Below are positions 27,675 through 40,478 of a stretch of 64,000 nt of DNA, one piece after another (position 1 is the stretch's first letter; each line of letters starts with the position of its first letter). This DNA is from Octopus vulgaris (taxonomy: Eukaryota). Made by a program: the position numbers and the translations under genes. The stretch covers positions 69,812,001 to 69,876,000 of the forward strand of contig OX597830.1 in assembly GCA_951406725.2 (NCBI GenBank). Reading direction: 5' to 3'. The notes below the pieces were generated by a model, which was given only the letters and a program-made list of their open reading frames with translations, ran no database searches and was not told the DNA's origin.

Positions 27675-28983
27675 TGAAGGTGGGAGTAGAGAGGGAGGTG
27701 CTGCCTTTTAGTGTGTTTATCAAAAGGTGGTTGACAGTGGCAAGACTGGTGAAACTGAATGGACCGACTCTGAGTATTCTTTTCTAAGCAGGAGGAAAGA
27801 AACTAGAAGAGGGCCCTTTCCCATGCTTTGAGGACGACAGAGTAATCTGTGATTTTTGCATGGGGTTTAGCCTCAATTACTCTTATTTCTTTATTGCCCA
27901 CAAGGGGCTAAACATAGAGGGGACAAACCAGGACAGACAAACGGGTTAAGTTGATTTTATCGACCCCAGTGCGTAACTGGTACTTAATTTATCGACCCCG
28001 AAAGGATGAAGGGCAATTTGAATTTGAACTCAGAATGCAGCAGTGGACGAAATACCACAAAGCATTTCGCCTGGCATGCTAACGTTTCTGCCAGCTCGAC
28101 GCCTTGAATTACTCTAAGTGGACTGTCTCTCTATTGGGGATTCTAATTGTTTATTTATTTATTATTTATTTCTCTAATTTCTATTATATATCCTCTGTTA
28201 TAGCCTTTAATGTGTTAGTATCTTCCTTTGATCGATGTAAACCCCACCTGTTTTTGTATTTATGTTTTTGTTTTGTTTTTTGTGTGCTGTAACTCGTCCT
28301 TCAATATTGTCCACCATGTCTTGGTCCCTTGTGGTCCCTTGTGGCTCATAAAAGAAGTTGTTGCTGTTGTTGTTGAATATTATTATGTCCTTCTCATCTG
28401 ATGCGTCCTGTGCAAAAAAAAAAAAGTAAAGAAAAGTGCTGGCTTTGTGCCAGTTGATTAGAGATTAGAGGTGTAGAAGGACAGGGATAGGTTGTCTTGC
28501 TGTAGAGTAGTTACATGGATACTCCAGGTGAAAAAGAAAGGTGGGTGAGTTACTGACTAAAGCGAAGAGAGCGGATGAGTCAGAGATTAAGATAGAGAGA
28601 GCAATAGCAAGAGAGACAGTGGCGAGCGGAAAGACACTAACTTTGTTCGTTACATATGCCTACTGAAAAAATTTATTAATTTCATATTATTCTATATATT
28701 GCTTGCTTTGTTTGCTTATGGTTTTCCCTTGGATGATGATTAAATCTCCTCTTCACGTTTGTTTGTGGATCCTTTGATGATTACATCGTAATCCCTGTGC
28801 TTTGGTCATGGATGGTGCTATATAAATATTTTGGTGGGAGATGTTTGGGAATAATCACTGGCATATTGTTCTGCATTGCATGCTTCTTTTCTTGCTTATT
28901 CAGGTAGGGATGAATGCATTTCCCTTCTGTATATTCAATTCCTCTCGAACAGTGTGGCTGCCACAGTGAATTCTTGCTCTCAC

Positions 28984-29015
<32 letters not shown>

Positions 29016-29936
29016 CTGTATCTGTGTATATATATAAATATAAATATATATATATTTATACACACACACATATATATATATATATACACACACACATACA
29101 CACATAGACACATATATTCATGCATACATGCACAGGTGAATACGCACGCACACATACACACTCTCTCACTCATATACTTATGTCGTTAACCAAAGTGATT
29201 ACAATTTTTGACTTATTTTTATCATCTTGTCTGTCTTACATTTTAGTTTTGTTTGCATCAATATACATATTACCTGCATGTATAAAGTGGTGTGTAGACA
29301 TTTTGTATTTTTAATAATTCAATTTTAGAGACTAACGTCATCATTTTACATCCACTTTTCCATGCTGGCATGGGTTGGATGAGTCATTCATAGACTAAGC
29401 CAGTGCTTATGTGGCATTTCTGTCCTCTTAGATGAGTCAGGGACCACATCTCCCTTGTACCTTCCAGTTCTGGTATAATTTCTATAGTTCTACAGCTTCA
29501 GGCCTTTCCTGTCACCAACACTTTACATGTACTGTATTAATATTATTGTAGCGCCAGCATGCGACAGGCTGTTCATTTCCAGAAAGACTAAAGAACCCTC
29601 TCTATGTTACATTGTTTTTGTTCATTCACTAACCACACTTTACGGAGTGCATTTTATTCGTGTACCTGCACAATAGAAGTTGTCTTGCTGCCAGCAATAC
29701 TAAAGTGCCCTCTCTGCCTATGTTGTTTCTGTTTGTTTGTTTGTTCAACAGTGTCAGAGAGGGTTGTTCTGTCCCCGGCTGGTAGATGGAAGAGTAATGA
29801 ATGTAATGGAGGAGAAGCAGGGTTATAAGACAACTTCATGATGAGTTTTTGGCACAGAAATTTGGATAGAAACAGTATGAATGAATGAATGGTATGATGC
29901 GGTAAAAGAGAGTGATTGAAGAACTGGAAGGGAGAA

Positions 29937-29977
<41 letters not shown>

Positions 29978-31564
29978 GGATGAGTGATTGAGGAGGGAGT
30001 AATGTGAAAGAGTGAATAAAAGGGTTACTAATAAGAGAGTAGGTGTGATGAGGCGATAGGAGAGGGAGTAATGGGAGAGTGAGAGTGATGGTTAGCAATA
30101 AAGATGGGGCAGTGATTAGAAGGTGATTGAATATGGACAGATCCAATACAATGCCGTCCTTTGTTACATTCCTGTGATGATAGGAGCGAGATAAAGTGAT
30201 AAGTAGGGAGATGAATTGATAAGGGACAAGGTGAGTGATAGATGAGAGGATAATGAAGAGAGAGACGAAGAGTGGTATATGGATATTTAATATGGATATA
30301 AACTCAGCAGAAGCTCTTAATGTAGGTTTTATAGACTCCAATTTCCATCACCAACCTCGTCATTTTGGGGTTTGTATCATTTATATTTACATGGGTCAGG
30401 CAGGTTCTTTTGATTTCAATATTTCACCAAAAGTCTTAGCACTTTGTCCTCTTCTTCATGAGGGTCAATGAGTCAAGATCAGTTTTTCACTGTTTGTCAC
30501 ATCTTGTTTGGCCACTGTCTTTCACAGGTGCCATCCACTTGACACTTTCTTAATTAAATTGGCATCCTCCATGCACATCTCATGCTTCACCCCTTCATGG
30601 TCTTCCCTGTTTGTACAATCCATATGTCTGTTTATATCCAGTTTTACTCTCAGCTCATTTCTGCTCCTTCTTTCATGCACAACTGAGATTTACACGTCAA
30701 GTAAAGCAGAGGTGGGGAAACTTTTTAGTGAGGCAGGCAAAAATTTCCAAAGAAAAAGGTCCATGGGCGAATCACAAGTCCCAACTCTTATAGCTGTGTA
30801 AATCTTGTATATATCTATGTATAATTCAATATACATTAATAAAGATAAGTTTAACACATTAAATTAATGCATAACATCTTCATTAATACCACCACTGAAT
30901 TTAGGATGTTTATATTACATATGAGGTGTTCTATATTTTTCAGCTAATGTGTAGTTGGGTCTCAAGGGATTGGTACAAACCTAGCAATATGTGTTTTATA
31001 GTGAAAACAAAATTTCCATTCAAATGGCGATTACCGGACAGTTTTCTGTTTGAGTCTAACCAAAGTCGTCGTGGAAAATATGTCCTAAGTTGTAAATAGG
31101 CATACGAATATTGTATAAATTTTATAATTGAAAAATTTCCTATATTTTGTACATACGAGTATGTCAGCCTGAAGTAAAGCATACTTTTGCCTAATTTCTT
31201 TTTTCTAATGTTTGTTGATCCCCAACATCCAAGGCCCATGTCTCATGATGATGTAGTGATGCATTTCATATTCAAGCCATCCTACAATCTGCCCTTCACT
31301 CTGTGGCAGAGAGAACCTTTGATACCAGCAGATAGTAATTCCTTGAACTTTTTCTACCTCATTGATATTGTCACCACTGAGCTTTCAGAATGCCCAGCTT
31401 CACTGTGTTAGGTCACTTAGATAACAAATGCTATCAGTTTCTAGCAGGAAATTTTCTAAACATTTAAAGGTATTTGTGTACACTTACTACTAACTACATT
31501 TGTGCATCTATCACATATAAAGTCAACCTTCCCTGCTATCCCTGCTATCCCGCCTTTGATCATT

Positions 31565-31737
31565 TTATACCTCTTGTACATATACCTCTTGTACATATAC
31601 CTCTTGTATACCTCTGGTCAAGTTGAAAATGTCTAGAGACTAACTGGTCAAGGTTGAAAATGTCTAGAGACTAATTGGTCAGGTTGAAAATGTCTAGAGA
31701 CTAATTGGTCAGGTTGAAAATGTCTAGAGACTAATTG
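31565..31737. repeat. Minisatellites: 15-bp tatacctcttgtaca x3, then ~30-bp ggtcaggttgaaaatgtctagagactaatt x4
   Basis: Direct tandem repeats with no spacers. Confidence 0.9.
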
Positions 31738-33507
31738 TGGAGGCTTGTAGCTTAGTGGTTAGGGTGTTGAACTCATGATCGTAAGGTTGTGGTTTCGATT
31801 CCTGGACTGGGCGATGCGTTGTGTTCTTGACCAAGACGCTTCATTTTCATGTTGCTCCAGTCCACTCAGCTGGCAAAAATGAGTAATCCTGCAACGGACC
31901 GGCATCCCATCAAGGTGGGGGATTTCTATGCCACTGAAACTGGGAAACCAGCCCTTATGAGCCTGGCATGGCTCAAGAAGGTAGGAAGGAAGGAACCTCT
32001 TGTACATCCATCACTTAGACTGAGTGCACAGTAATTTTTTTTTCTGCATATCAAGCATGACCATCACATGCCCATAGTTACAGTTCTTTCTGTTGTATAC
32101 TAAATCTGATTCAGTTTACATCTAGTTATCTTCATACACAGGTATCGTACAATCTTCCCACCTGTCTGAGAGAGAACACTTTCATTGTAAACAGGGATAG
32201 TGGCTCTTTGAACTTTTGTCATGTCATTCCTACACTGACAATTGTGCTTTCAGTCTACCCATCTTCATTGCTTATTATGTTGTTTAGATAACAAAAGTTA
32301 TCAATTACCTCTAAAGGGACCCTCCAAACATTTGTGGCAATTTATTCCATGTACCCTTACTATTAACTATACCTGTGCATCTGTCTTGTACAAAGCCTAC
32401 TTTTCCTGTGATCTCATTGCACTTCTTGTGGTGCCATCATTTACAATAGGTACACAACATGGAATTTCTATATTTTTCTCTGCGTATCGAGCATAGCTAC
32501 TTCCCTTATGGCGTCGGATCCAATCTTCTTTTTAGTAAACTATTTTGACTTTGCTAACTTTTACTTGACAGTTTGATTCAAGGACGTGATTTGAAAGAGA
32601 AATTTGGCTGCTATTTTTTTAGTAGGGCAAGAGATCACATAGAGGGTCCCTTGTTGGCTCGTCTCCATAGTCAGAATGCAGGAGACATGAAGACGGATTC
32701 ATTACTGTAGGATGTTATGATAAATCACATTTCTATTGATTTGCTCTAATAAAGTATTGTTAGTCCAGTGTTTATTTTACTGTGTGATAAGGTGGAATAA
32801 AAAATTGCAATTAGTTTTCACTAACTCTGAATACAATACATGTATGTCAGTATAATATATATGTCAGTGTGTGTATGTCTATATATGTTGTGGTTGTATG
32901 CTATACATATATGTATCTCTTTCTCTCTTGTATGTATACATACATATTTGCGTGTGTATATAAATATCTATTTTTTTCTATATATGCACTTAGATACGTG
33001 CATATGTGTGTGTTTATATACACGTGTGTGAGTGTATGGGAAAAAGATAGACACGTCAGCAAGAAAAACTGCTGATAAATCAGTACCAAATCCCAGTGAT
33101 ATTTTTTCTACCTGTGTTACAAAGACACTCCCTCATTACTCTCAGCACTGAAAATGCATTGAGCCAGTTTTTGGAAACCTATAACCAACAAACATTTATC
33201 CAACATTTCACCTACGAGTATACAATTTTAAAAATAAAAGATAGTGCTAGGTAGATTATTAATTTTCATTGTGAACTGCTGTAGAGGTTTGAATCTGTTT
33301 GTTCCTGTATTTGATTTGAGTATAGATTCAAGCATAACCTTGTGGTTAAGAAGCTCACTTTGCAACCATGCAGGTTTGGAATTCTGTTCCACTGTGCAGC
33401 ACCTTAGCCCAGTGTCTTCTATACTTTTGGGCTGACTAGTTCCTTGTGAGTGAATTTGATAGATAGAAGCTATGAGGGAGCCTGTCATGTAAATATATAT
33501 ATATATA

Positions 33508-33818
33508 TCACCGTGATCACCGTGACCAACCAGGCTATCAGATGTTGCTACACATCGCTGGTCACAATGTGCTTTGCATTGTTTTAGCCTTCAAATGACG
33601 CCACCCCGCTGGCTAAGCGAGCAGACCAACAGAAGAAAGAGTGAGAGAAAGTTGTGGCGAAAGAGTACAGCAGGGATTGCCACCACCCCCTGCCGGAGCC
33701 TCGTGGAGCTTCAGGTGTTTTCGCTCAATAAACACTCACAACGCCCGGTCTGGGAATCGAAACCGCGATCCTATGACTGCGAGTCCGCTGCCCTAACCAC
33801 TGGGCCATTGCGCCTCCA
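33508..33818 (-). mobile_element. tRNA-derived SINE (octopus OR-type family)
   Basis: Minus-strand head ggaggcgcaatggcccagtggttagggcagcggactcgcagtcataggatcgcggtttcgattccc with A and B boxes. A fragment of the same body lies at 55770-55865. Confidence 0.75.
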
Positions 33819-34590
33819 TATATGTATATATATATATATAGTTCAGATTTACAGAAAGCAAAAGATGAAAACAAGTGAGGGAACAACAAGTAGGTGTATT
33901 AGTTTGACGTTTGGGAAGAATGGAAAGGCCTTTGACGTTTCGAGCCTAGGCTCTACGACAGAAAGGATTGAGAGGTAAAAAATGGAGAGATATAATAAAT
34001 GTGTAGGGATTAACAGTTCACCGTGATGAAATAACTGGAAGAAAGAGGCTGAGTGGAAGGGAGATAATGTGTGCATGTATGTTCATGTTTGTGTTTGTTG
34101 CCCACCACTGCTTAACAACTGGAGTTGGTTTGTTTATGTCCTGTAATATAGTGACTCAGCAAAAGAGGCTGATATAATGTGTCAGACTTAAAAAAGAAGA
34201 AAATAATTTACTGGTGTCGATTGGTTTAATTAAACCCTTCCAGGCAGTGTCCCAGCATGGCTGCAGTCCAATGACTGAAGCGAGTAAAAGATAAATAATA
34301 AAAGACAGGTGTTCTTTGCTAAAAAATCAGGCACCTGACTTCAGGGTGCAGTGTATGCACTTCTATAGGGGAATCACCTTCAATCAATACCAGTAGCAGC
34401 ATCATGGGGGTGTGAATGTAATGAAGGCTTTCTGTAACCTTGAATAATTTGAAATGTGGGGGTTTTGTTTGGAACTCTGGAATTCGAAGTGTTTTATATT
34501 GCACATTATTGAATATTTTGTATGAATTCATTTGTTTATATTTTGTTTATTTACTTATTATTTTTCTTTTTTTTTGTCTGTTTCTTGTAG

Positions 34591-34638
34591 GTGTTGCAGT
34601 CAGCTAAGGAACAAATAAAATGGTCGCTTTTGAAATGA
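34591..34638 (+). CDS. COPZ1: Terminal coding exon of coatomer subunit zeta (zeta-COP), VLQSAKEQIKWSLLK*
   Basis: A long polypyrimidine tract ending ttcttgtag precedes GTG TTG CAG TCA GCT AAG GAA CAA ATA AAA TGG TCG CTT TTG AAA TGA. This matches the conserved zeta-COP C-terminus (human COPZ1 ...SQVLQSAKEQIKWSLLR, from recall). Phase-0 acceptor. Upstream exons are not seen in the window. Confidence 0.93.
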   Translation: MLQSAKEQIKWSLLK

Positions 34639-34860
34639 TGGGGAAGCCTTGCCACTGCCAATAACAGAAAGACAGGCATCATTCTAGAGAATACCATTTC
34701 AACAATCGGTTCATACTAAAATATATCGAAACATAATTCAACATGTAATTTTGTTGTTCCTTTTCTCCTTTTTTTTTTTCTTGGAGAGATTTATTAAATT
34801 CATTTATTTAACTGATGTTTTGGCAGAATATGTTGTTATTAAAAAAAAAAAATTTTTTAA
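34639..34860 (+). other. Proximal 3' UTR of COPZ with candidate ATTAAA poly(A) signals
   Basis: Unique U-rich sequence after the stop codon; ATTAAA near 34793 and 34838; repeat-derived DNA begins about 34915. Confidence 0.55.
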
Positions 34861-34914
34861 AATTATCTTTGATTTCCATTAGTAGTTTTTGATATATTTT
34901 TCAGCTATATTTAA

Positions 34915-35532
34915 CAAACCAGAAAAGCACTCTGAGAGTGCGGACCTTTGCCAAGCTGCTCATTTCCACCCATATACACGCATGCTGAAAATCACCCAAT
35001 TTCCCAAACCAACGCCGGCAAAAACATAACCTCCTTGGCAGGGTTAAAAAAAAATAACACAACCATATGATTTTTTTAAAAAACCCTTTAAAAACAGGAA
35101 TCATCTGAAGCAGTTTTAATACATCAATGACAACAATAAGCTAGTTTCACCATACAGACCTCTGCTAAGCATCTCATTTTAAGACGGATATGGGAGTAAA
35201 ATTACTAATTGAGAAACGAAAATAAACTTTGGAAACAGCAACGCCACCATAGGTTATGTGGAAACGATGAACGCGTTTTCAAGGGAGTACTTTGTGTAAA
35301 GTAGTACTTTGTGTAAAGTAAATATAACAAATGAAAAATCCTTCAAGAATCCATAAAAATTCCCGGATCACTACCAAAATTTCATCATCTGTTCCTTGTG
35401 TCATTACCAACTTTTCCTGCAAGTTTCATCAAATACCGTTCACAACTTTTTGAGTTATTTTGCACACAGACGGACAGACAGACAAACCAACGCCGATGAA
35501 AACATAACCTTTCTTCCTCGGTGGAGGTAATT
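34915..35532 (+). mobile_element. Non-autonomous Helentron/HINE-like element(s)
   Basis: Starts aacaaaccagaaaagcactctgagagtgcggacct, contains a (gaca)n tract and ends aaaacataacct...cggtggaggtaat; a second end motif lies at 35010-35047. Confidence 0.6.
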
Positions 35533-36879
35533 AGTAATACGTTTTGGTGTTGTTTTTTTATTGGTTTCAATCAATGAACTGTAGCCATACTGAGGCACCA
35601 CATTTGAGGGTTTTAGTTGATTAGATTGACCCTTGTACTTCATCTGGTACTTGTTTTATTGACCTCCAGAGACAGAAAGGCGAATTTAATTGGGTGTGAA
35701 GAGGAATGGAATTACAACCGTGTTTCGTGGTCTGCTACCACAACAGCTCCTTTATAGGATCCAGTTAGCTCAAGACATCATCAGGAGGAACCACATCCGG
35801 TTTTGGCCCCTACTCCTCTACCGTTTTGACGTGCCCCCCCCCCCTTCCGGAGGTGTCTTCAGCTCTGGTGTTGGGTGCATGTCTTCTTTCTTTTTCTTTC
35901 TTCTGTTCCCTGGCCTCCAGCAGGCAGCCCCAGCAAGTTGTCATGTGATACTGTCTCACCTTAACTGACTAGGGAAGGCGCTTAGTTTTAGCCCGCGCTT
36001 TTTCTAAACCAAGATGGAACCAAATATCACAAGTTCTCTTTCTTCAACTCACCTTTGCTGGTATGAGTTTAGTCTGGTCCATCCTAGTGTGGAAGCATGG
36101 ATGGTTAATCCTCTGGCATTCAGATTACTCTGACAAACATATTGCCTGTTTATTCACATTATTTTTTAACTAATCCTGCACTATTCCAGAGTTTCAAAAT
36201 TTCATTGCTGCGATTCTTTACTTTTAGAGCGACAGGAGTGGCTGTGTGGTAAGTAGCTTGTTTACCAACCACATGGTAAACATGTTCAGTCCCACTGCAT
36301 GGCACCTTGGGCAAGTGTCTTCTGCTATAGCCTCGGGCCGACTAAAGCCTTGTGAGTGGATTTGGTAGACAGAAACTGAAAGAAGCCCATTGTATATATG
36401 TATGTATATATATATATATATGTATGTGTATGTGTGTGTGTTTGTGTGTCTGTTTGTCCCTCCAACATCGCTTGACAACTGATGGTGGTGTGTTTATGTC
36501 CCCGTCACTTAGCGGTTCGGCAAAAGAGACTGATAGAATAAGTACTGGGCTTACAAAGAATAAGTCCCGAGGTCGAGTTGCTCGATTAAAGGCGGTGCTC
36601 CAGCATGGCCGCAGTCAAATGACTGAAACAAGTAAAAGAGTAAAGAGTGTAGGATAGGTGTGAGAGCCCAGCTCTGCCAAGTTTGAACAAGTAGAATATA
36701 TGGGCCAGATAAGACTCACTATATTTCTCCTTTCAGTAAGTAAATGTCTTCTACTATGGCTGCGGGCTGACAAAAGCCTTGTGAGTGGATTCGGTAGACA
36801 GAAACTGAAAGAAGCCTGTCGTTTGTATGGGTGTGTGTGTGTGTGTGTGTGTGTGTGTAGGCATGGCTGTGTGGTAAGA

Positions 36880-37340
36880 AGCGACGAGTTGGCAGAAACG
36901 TTAGCACGCCAGGCGAAATGCTTAGCGGTATTTCGTCTGCCGTTACGTTCTGAGTTCAAGTTCCGCCGAGGTCGACTTTGCCTTTCATCCCTTCGGGGTC
37001 GATAAATTAAGTACCAGTTACGCACTGGGGTCAATGTAATCGACTTAATACCTTTGTCTGTCCTTGTTTGTCCCCTCTATGTTTAGCCCCTTGTGGATAA
37101 TAAAGAAATAGGTATTTCGTCTGCCGCTACGTTCTGAGTTCAAATTCCGCCGAGGTCGACTTTGCCTTTCATCCTTTCGGGGTCAATTAAATAAGTACCA
37201 GTTACGCACTGAGGTCGATATAATCGACTTAATCCGTTTGTCTGTCCTTGTTTGTCCTCCCTGTTTAGCCCCTTGTAGGTAGTAAAGAAATAGGTATTTC
37301 ATCTGTCTTTATGTTCTGAATTCAAATTCCGCCGAGGTCT
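36880..37340 (+). repeat. Head-to-tail trimer of a Meta-domain-like SINE (units about 183 bp)
   Basis: Units start at ggtatttc at 36927, 37111 and 37293. Confidence 0.88.
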
Positions 37341-38270
37341 TCTTAGAATAGAAAAGATTCTCTGTCGTTTATTTTGACAAACGCATTTTGTTTAACCATC
37401 TTCGCGCTCCAATAGTTGTCAAAGAAGCAGCCAGTCTGTCTACATAGCTCTAAAGAACCGGATTTACTTATTTACTACCTGTCAACTGGGGTCCCAGTCC
37501 CACACTATATCAAGGTATGATATATATACGTCGGTCTATGTAGTAGATGTACAAAGGTGGCGAATTTAACTAGGCGCAGGCGTGGTTGTATGGTAAGAAA
37601 TTTACTTGCGAACCACATGGTTGTGGATTCTATCCCACTTCGCGGCATCTTAGGCAAGTGTTTTCTCCTGTAACTCTGGACCGATGAAAAGCCCGTCGTA
37701 TGTGTGCGTGCGTGTGTTACTGTCTCGTTGCCTTGACACTGCGTTATAATTGTAAACGAATGTCACCGTAAAAACATGTCTGGTAATGGGGAGATATTAC
37801 CTTACTTGGAAACAAGTGTGAGTTGGCGACAGAAAACTCGTCATCGCGTCCGACCCATGTGATTATGGAAAAAGTGGACGTAAGAACGATGATGATGATT
37901 GTGTGTGTGCGTTTTCGTGTGTTTGTGTCTCGTGCTAAAATTGTAAATCGAGTGTCCTTCGTATCTATCTTCCGTGAAAGCATGTCAGGTCATAGGAAAA
38001 TATTGTCTTGAAACACGAATCCCGTCTGACCCATGCAAGCATGGAAAGGAGGAAGTTAAAACGTTGATGACGTTTCTTTTATCTTGCATTTGTTTCAGTC
38101 ATCACACTGCGGCCATGCTGGGACACCACTCTGACAACTTTGGACCCAGTACTTATTTATTTGGTCTCTTTTATCAAATTGCTAAGTTATAGGGGATGTA
38201 AACGCACCAACACCGGTTGTCAGGCAGTGGTGGTGGTGAGTAAACAGATACACACTCGCACGCGCGCGCG

Positions 38271-38712
38271 CATGCTGTCCAAGAATTTGAACCCGGAGAT
38301 CTCCATTTTCAGCGACTTCGAGGGCCACCTCCCAGTGGTGTTGGGCGTCAAAGAAGAACCCTCAACTACAACAAGACGACCAAATTTTTTTTTCCAAGGT
38401 CTGGGGTCTTCCGCCCCTAAGCCCTAGACCATCACCTAATCACCCTTACCCGTCTTGTTGCTTAACAACAACAACACACACACACACAGACGCATGCCCT
38501 CCAAGAATTTAGACCTGGAGACCTCCATTTCCAGCGACTTCGAGGGCCACCTCCCAGTGGTGTTGGGCGTCAACGAAGAGCCCTCGACTACAAAAAGACG
38601 ACCAAGGTTCTTTTTTTTTTTCCAAGGTTTGGTGTCTCCCGCCCCTAAGCCCTAGACCATCACCTAATCACCCTTACCCATCTTGTTGCTTAATAACAAC
38701 AACACACACACA
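38271..38712. repeat. Tandem duplication of a ~220-bp GC-richer unit nested in a SINE microsatellite
   Basis: Two copies of catgc..tccaagaattt...cagcgacttcgagggccacctcccagtggtgttgggcgtcaa...ccctaagccctagaccatcacctaatcacccttaccc.tcttgttgctt. Confidence 0.9.
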
Positions 38713-38989
38713 CACATATATATCTATGATGGGCTTTTTTCAGTTTCCATCTGCTAAATCTGCTCACAAGGCTTTGGTCAACTCGGGGCTGTCATGTCGC
38801 CCATGACATGATTTGAATTCAAAGCACAGTGAACTGGAACAAATATCTCAAGGCTTTTTATCCAGTTGGCCACATTGCGGACAAGGTCTGTCATCAATAG
38901 CAGGTGTGAAGTTCGACAGCTTAGGACTTATTAGGGGCAAGGAGCAGATAGATAATCCCACATAAATATCAAGTTTCAAAAAGACATTA

Positions 38990-39218
38990 ATGGTTTTTCA
39001 CTGTTTGTCTGGCCCCGCACCAGATGACTGGGCATGATTAAGGAAGATCTCAAGAGGCTCGACGTTACCTTGGCGGATGCAGAGAGGCTGACATAGGACC
39101 GACAGTGATGGAGGGCACTGGTGGACTTGGTCAGCTCTACGCATGATGACGTCTCTGGGACCACTAATCTGGGATGACCCCAGCTTCATCTAGCAAAAGC
39201 ATGAAGCAAGCAAGCAAA
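38990..39218 (+). mobile_element. RTE LINE 3' end fragment
   Basis: PRTR*LGMIKEDLKRLDVTLADAERLT*DRQ*WRALV followed by an (agca)n tail. Confidence 0.65.
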
Positions 39219-39380
39219 TTGTTGTCGTTTAGTCCTAGGTCAGCCCTAGTCGAACAAATCTATTATCAATGACATTCCAGCCGTGACTAGCCTGTTGATT
39301 TTTCACTTATAGTATTTCTAGGTCTACATTACTCACCTGGTCCTTCCCAACTGTTTTAAAGACGGTTGAATATGATATAA

Positions 39381-39496
39381 GGGCATATGGCGTAGTGGTT
39401 AAGGGCATACGGGCATACGGGCATATGGCGTAGTGGTTAAGGGCACGGGCTACTAACCCCAAGATTCCGAGTTCGATTCCAAGCAGTGACCTGAAC

Positions 39497-39537
<41 letters not shown>

Positions 39538-39722
39538 CAACATCGAAAAATACCTTAGGAATGAGAACCCAGGTTCGAAATTTCCCCAAGACACCTGAAG
39601 AAGGCTGGAGGGTATATCAGCCGAAACGTTGTGTTAACAACAAACAAGATGAGGACAAATATCCGTCAAATGTAAATAATGTAAATAATGTACATAATTC
39701 CTCATCTCTTAAATATAGAACA
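39381..39722 (+). mobile_element. tRNA-derived SINE with (AAT)n spacer and Penelope-type 3' part containing a hammerhead motif
   Basis: A box tggcgtagtgg (39426, duplicated at 39388); B box gttcgattcc (39471); flanked by atataagg direct repeats. Confidence 0.75.
39590..39635 (+). ncRNA. Minimal type I hammerhead ribozyme motif
   Basis: gacac-CTGAAGA-a-ggctg(gagggtatat)cagcc-GAAAC-GTT-gtgtt: stem I gacac/gtgtt, stem II ggctg/cagcc, intact CUGANGA and GAAA boxes, palindromic ACGT in place of stem III. Confidence 0.7.
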
Positions 39723-40422
39723 ATATAAGGAATATTTACTATTTCTAGCATGTCGAGCGATCACGTAGAAGCTTTCTTATTAACACGTTGTTGTTTGTTC
39801 CCTAAGTCAGAAGACCAATGATCAAAGACGTCGTTCCAGCTGTGACCATCCTGTCTTTTTTTCTGTCGCATAACTGGCACTATTTTTTAAATGTTACACG
39901 AGGACAATATGGTTACTGCTATTTCTAGTAGATCGAAAGACCGCGTAGAACAGTGGTTCTCAACCATTTTCTTTTTTAACCCATGGAACCCTTTGATTCC
40001 TGTTTTACTCGGGTGGACCCTCATAGCCATTCAATGTGTTAAAAAAAATCCCATATTTTTGGAATTAAATATTTTTAGGAATTACATAAAAAAGTTAAGA
40101 AATTTGGTCTGTTGAAGAACTATAATTTATTCTTTTATTCTTCTACTGGATTCAGTCATTTGACTGCGGCCATACTGTAGCACTGTCTTAAAGGGTTTTT
40201 TAGTGGAAGAACCCGACCCCATGACTTATTCTTTGTAAGCCTAGTACTTATTCTATCGGTCTCTTTTGCTGTAGTGCTAAGTTACTTGGATGTAAACACA
40301 CCAACATCGGTTGTCAAGTGATGGTTGGGTGGGGTAGGGGACAAACAGACACAAAGACACACGCATAGATAAATAGATAAATAAAAATATATATATTTAT
40401 ATATATATATATATACATATAT

Positions 40423-40478
<56 letters not shown>

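Noticed and set aside
29823-30341. 172-aa minus-strand ORF as a membrane protein gene
   Set aside because: It results from purine/pyrimidine strand bias plus (CT)n/(CA)n; at most a decayed LINE endonuclease remnant, with no reliable motif.
31615-31737. CRISPR-like 30-bp repeat array
   Set aside because: The repeats are directly adjacent with no unique spacers, there are no cas genes, and the context is eukaryotic.
39419-39495. tRNA gene (also 33745-33818, 14330-14395, 31740-31810)
   Set aside because: A and B boxes are present, but the acceptor and anticodon stems do not close and each head runs into a repeat body; these are SINE heads.
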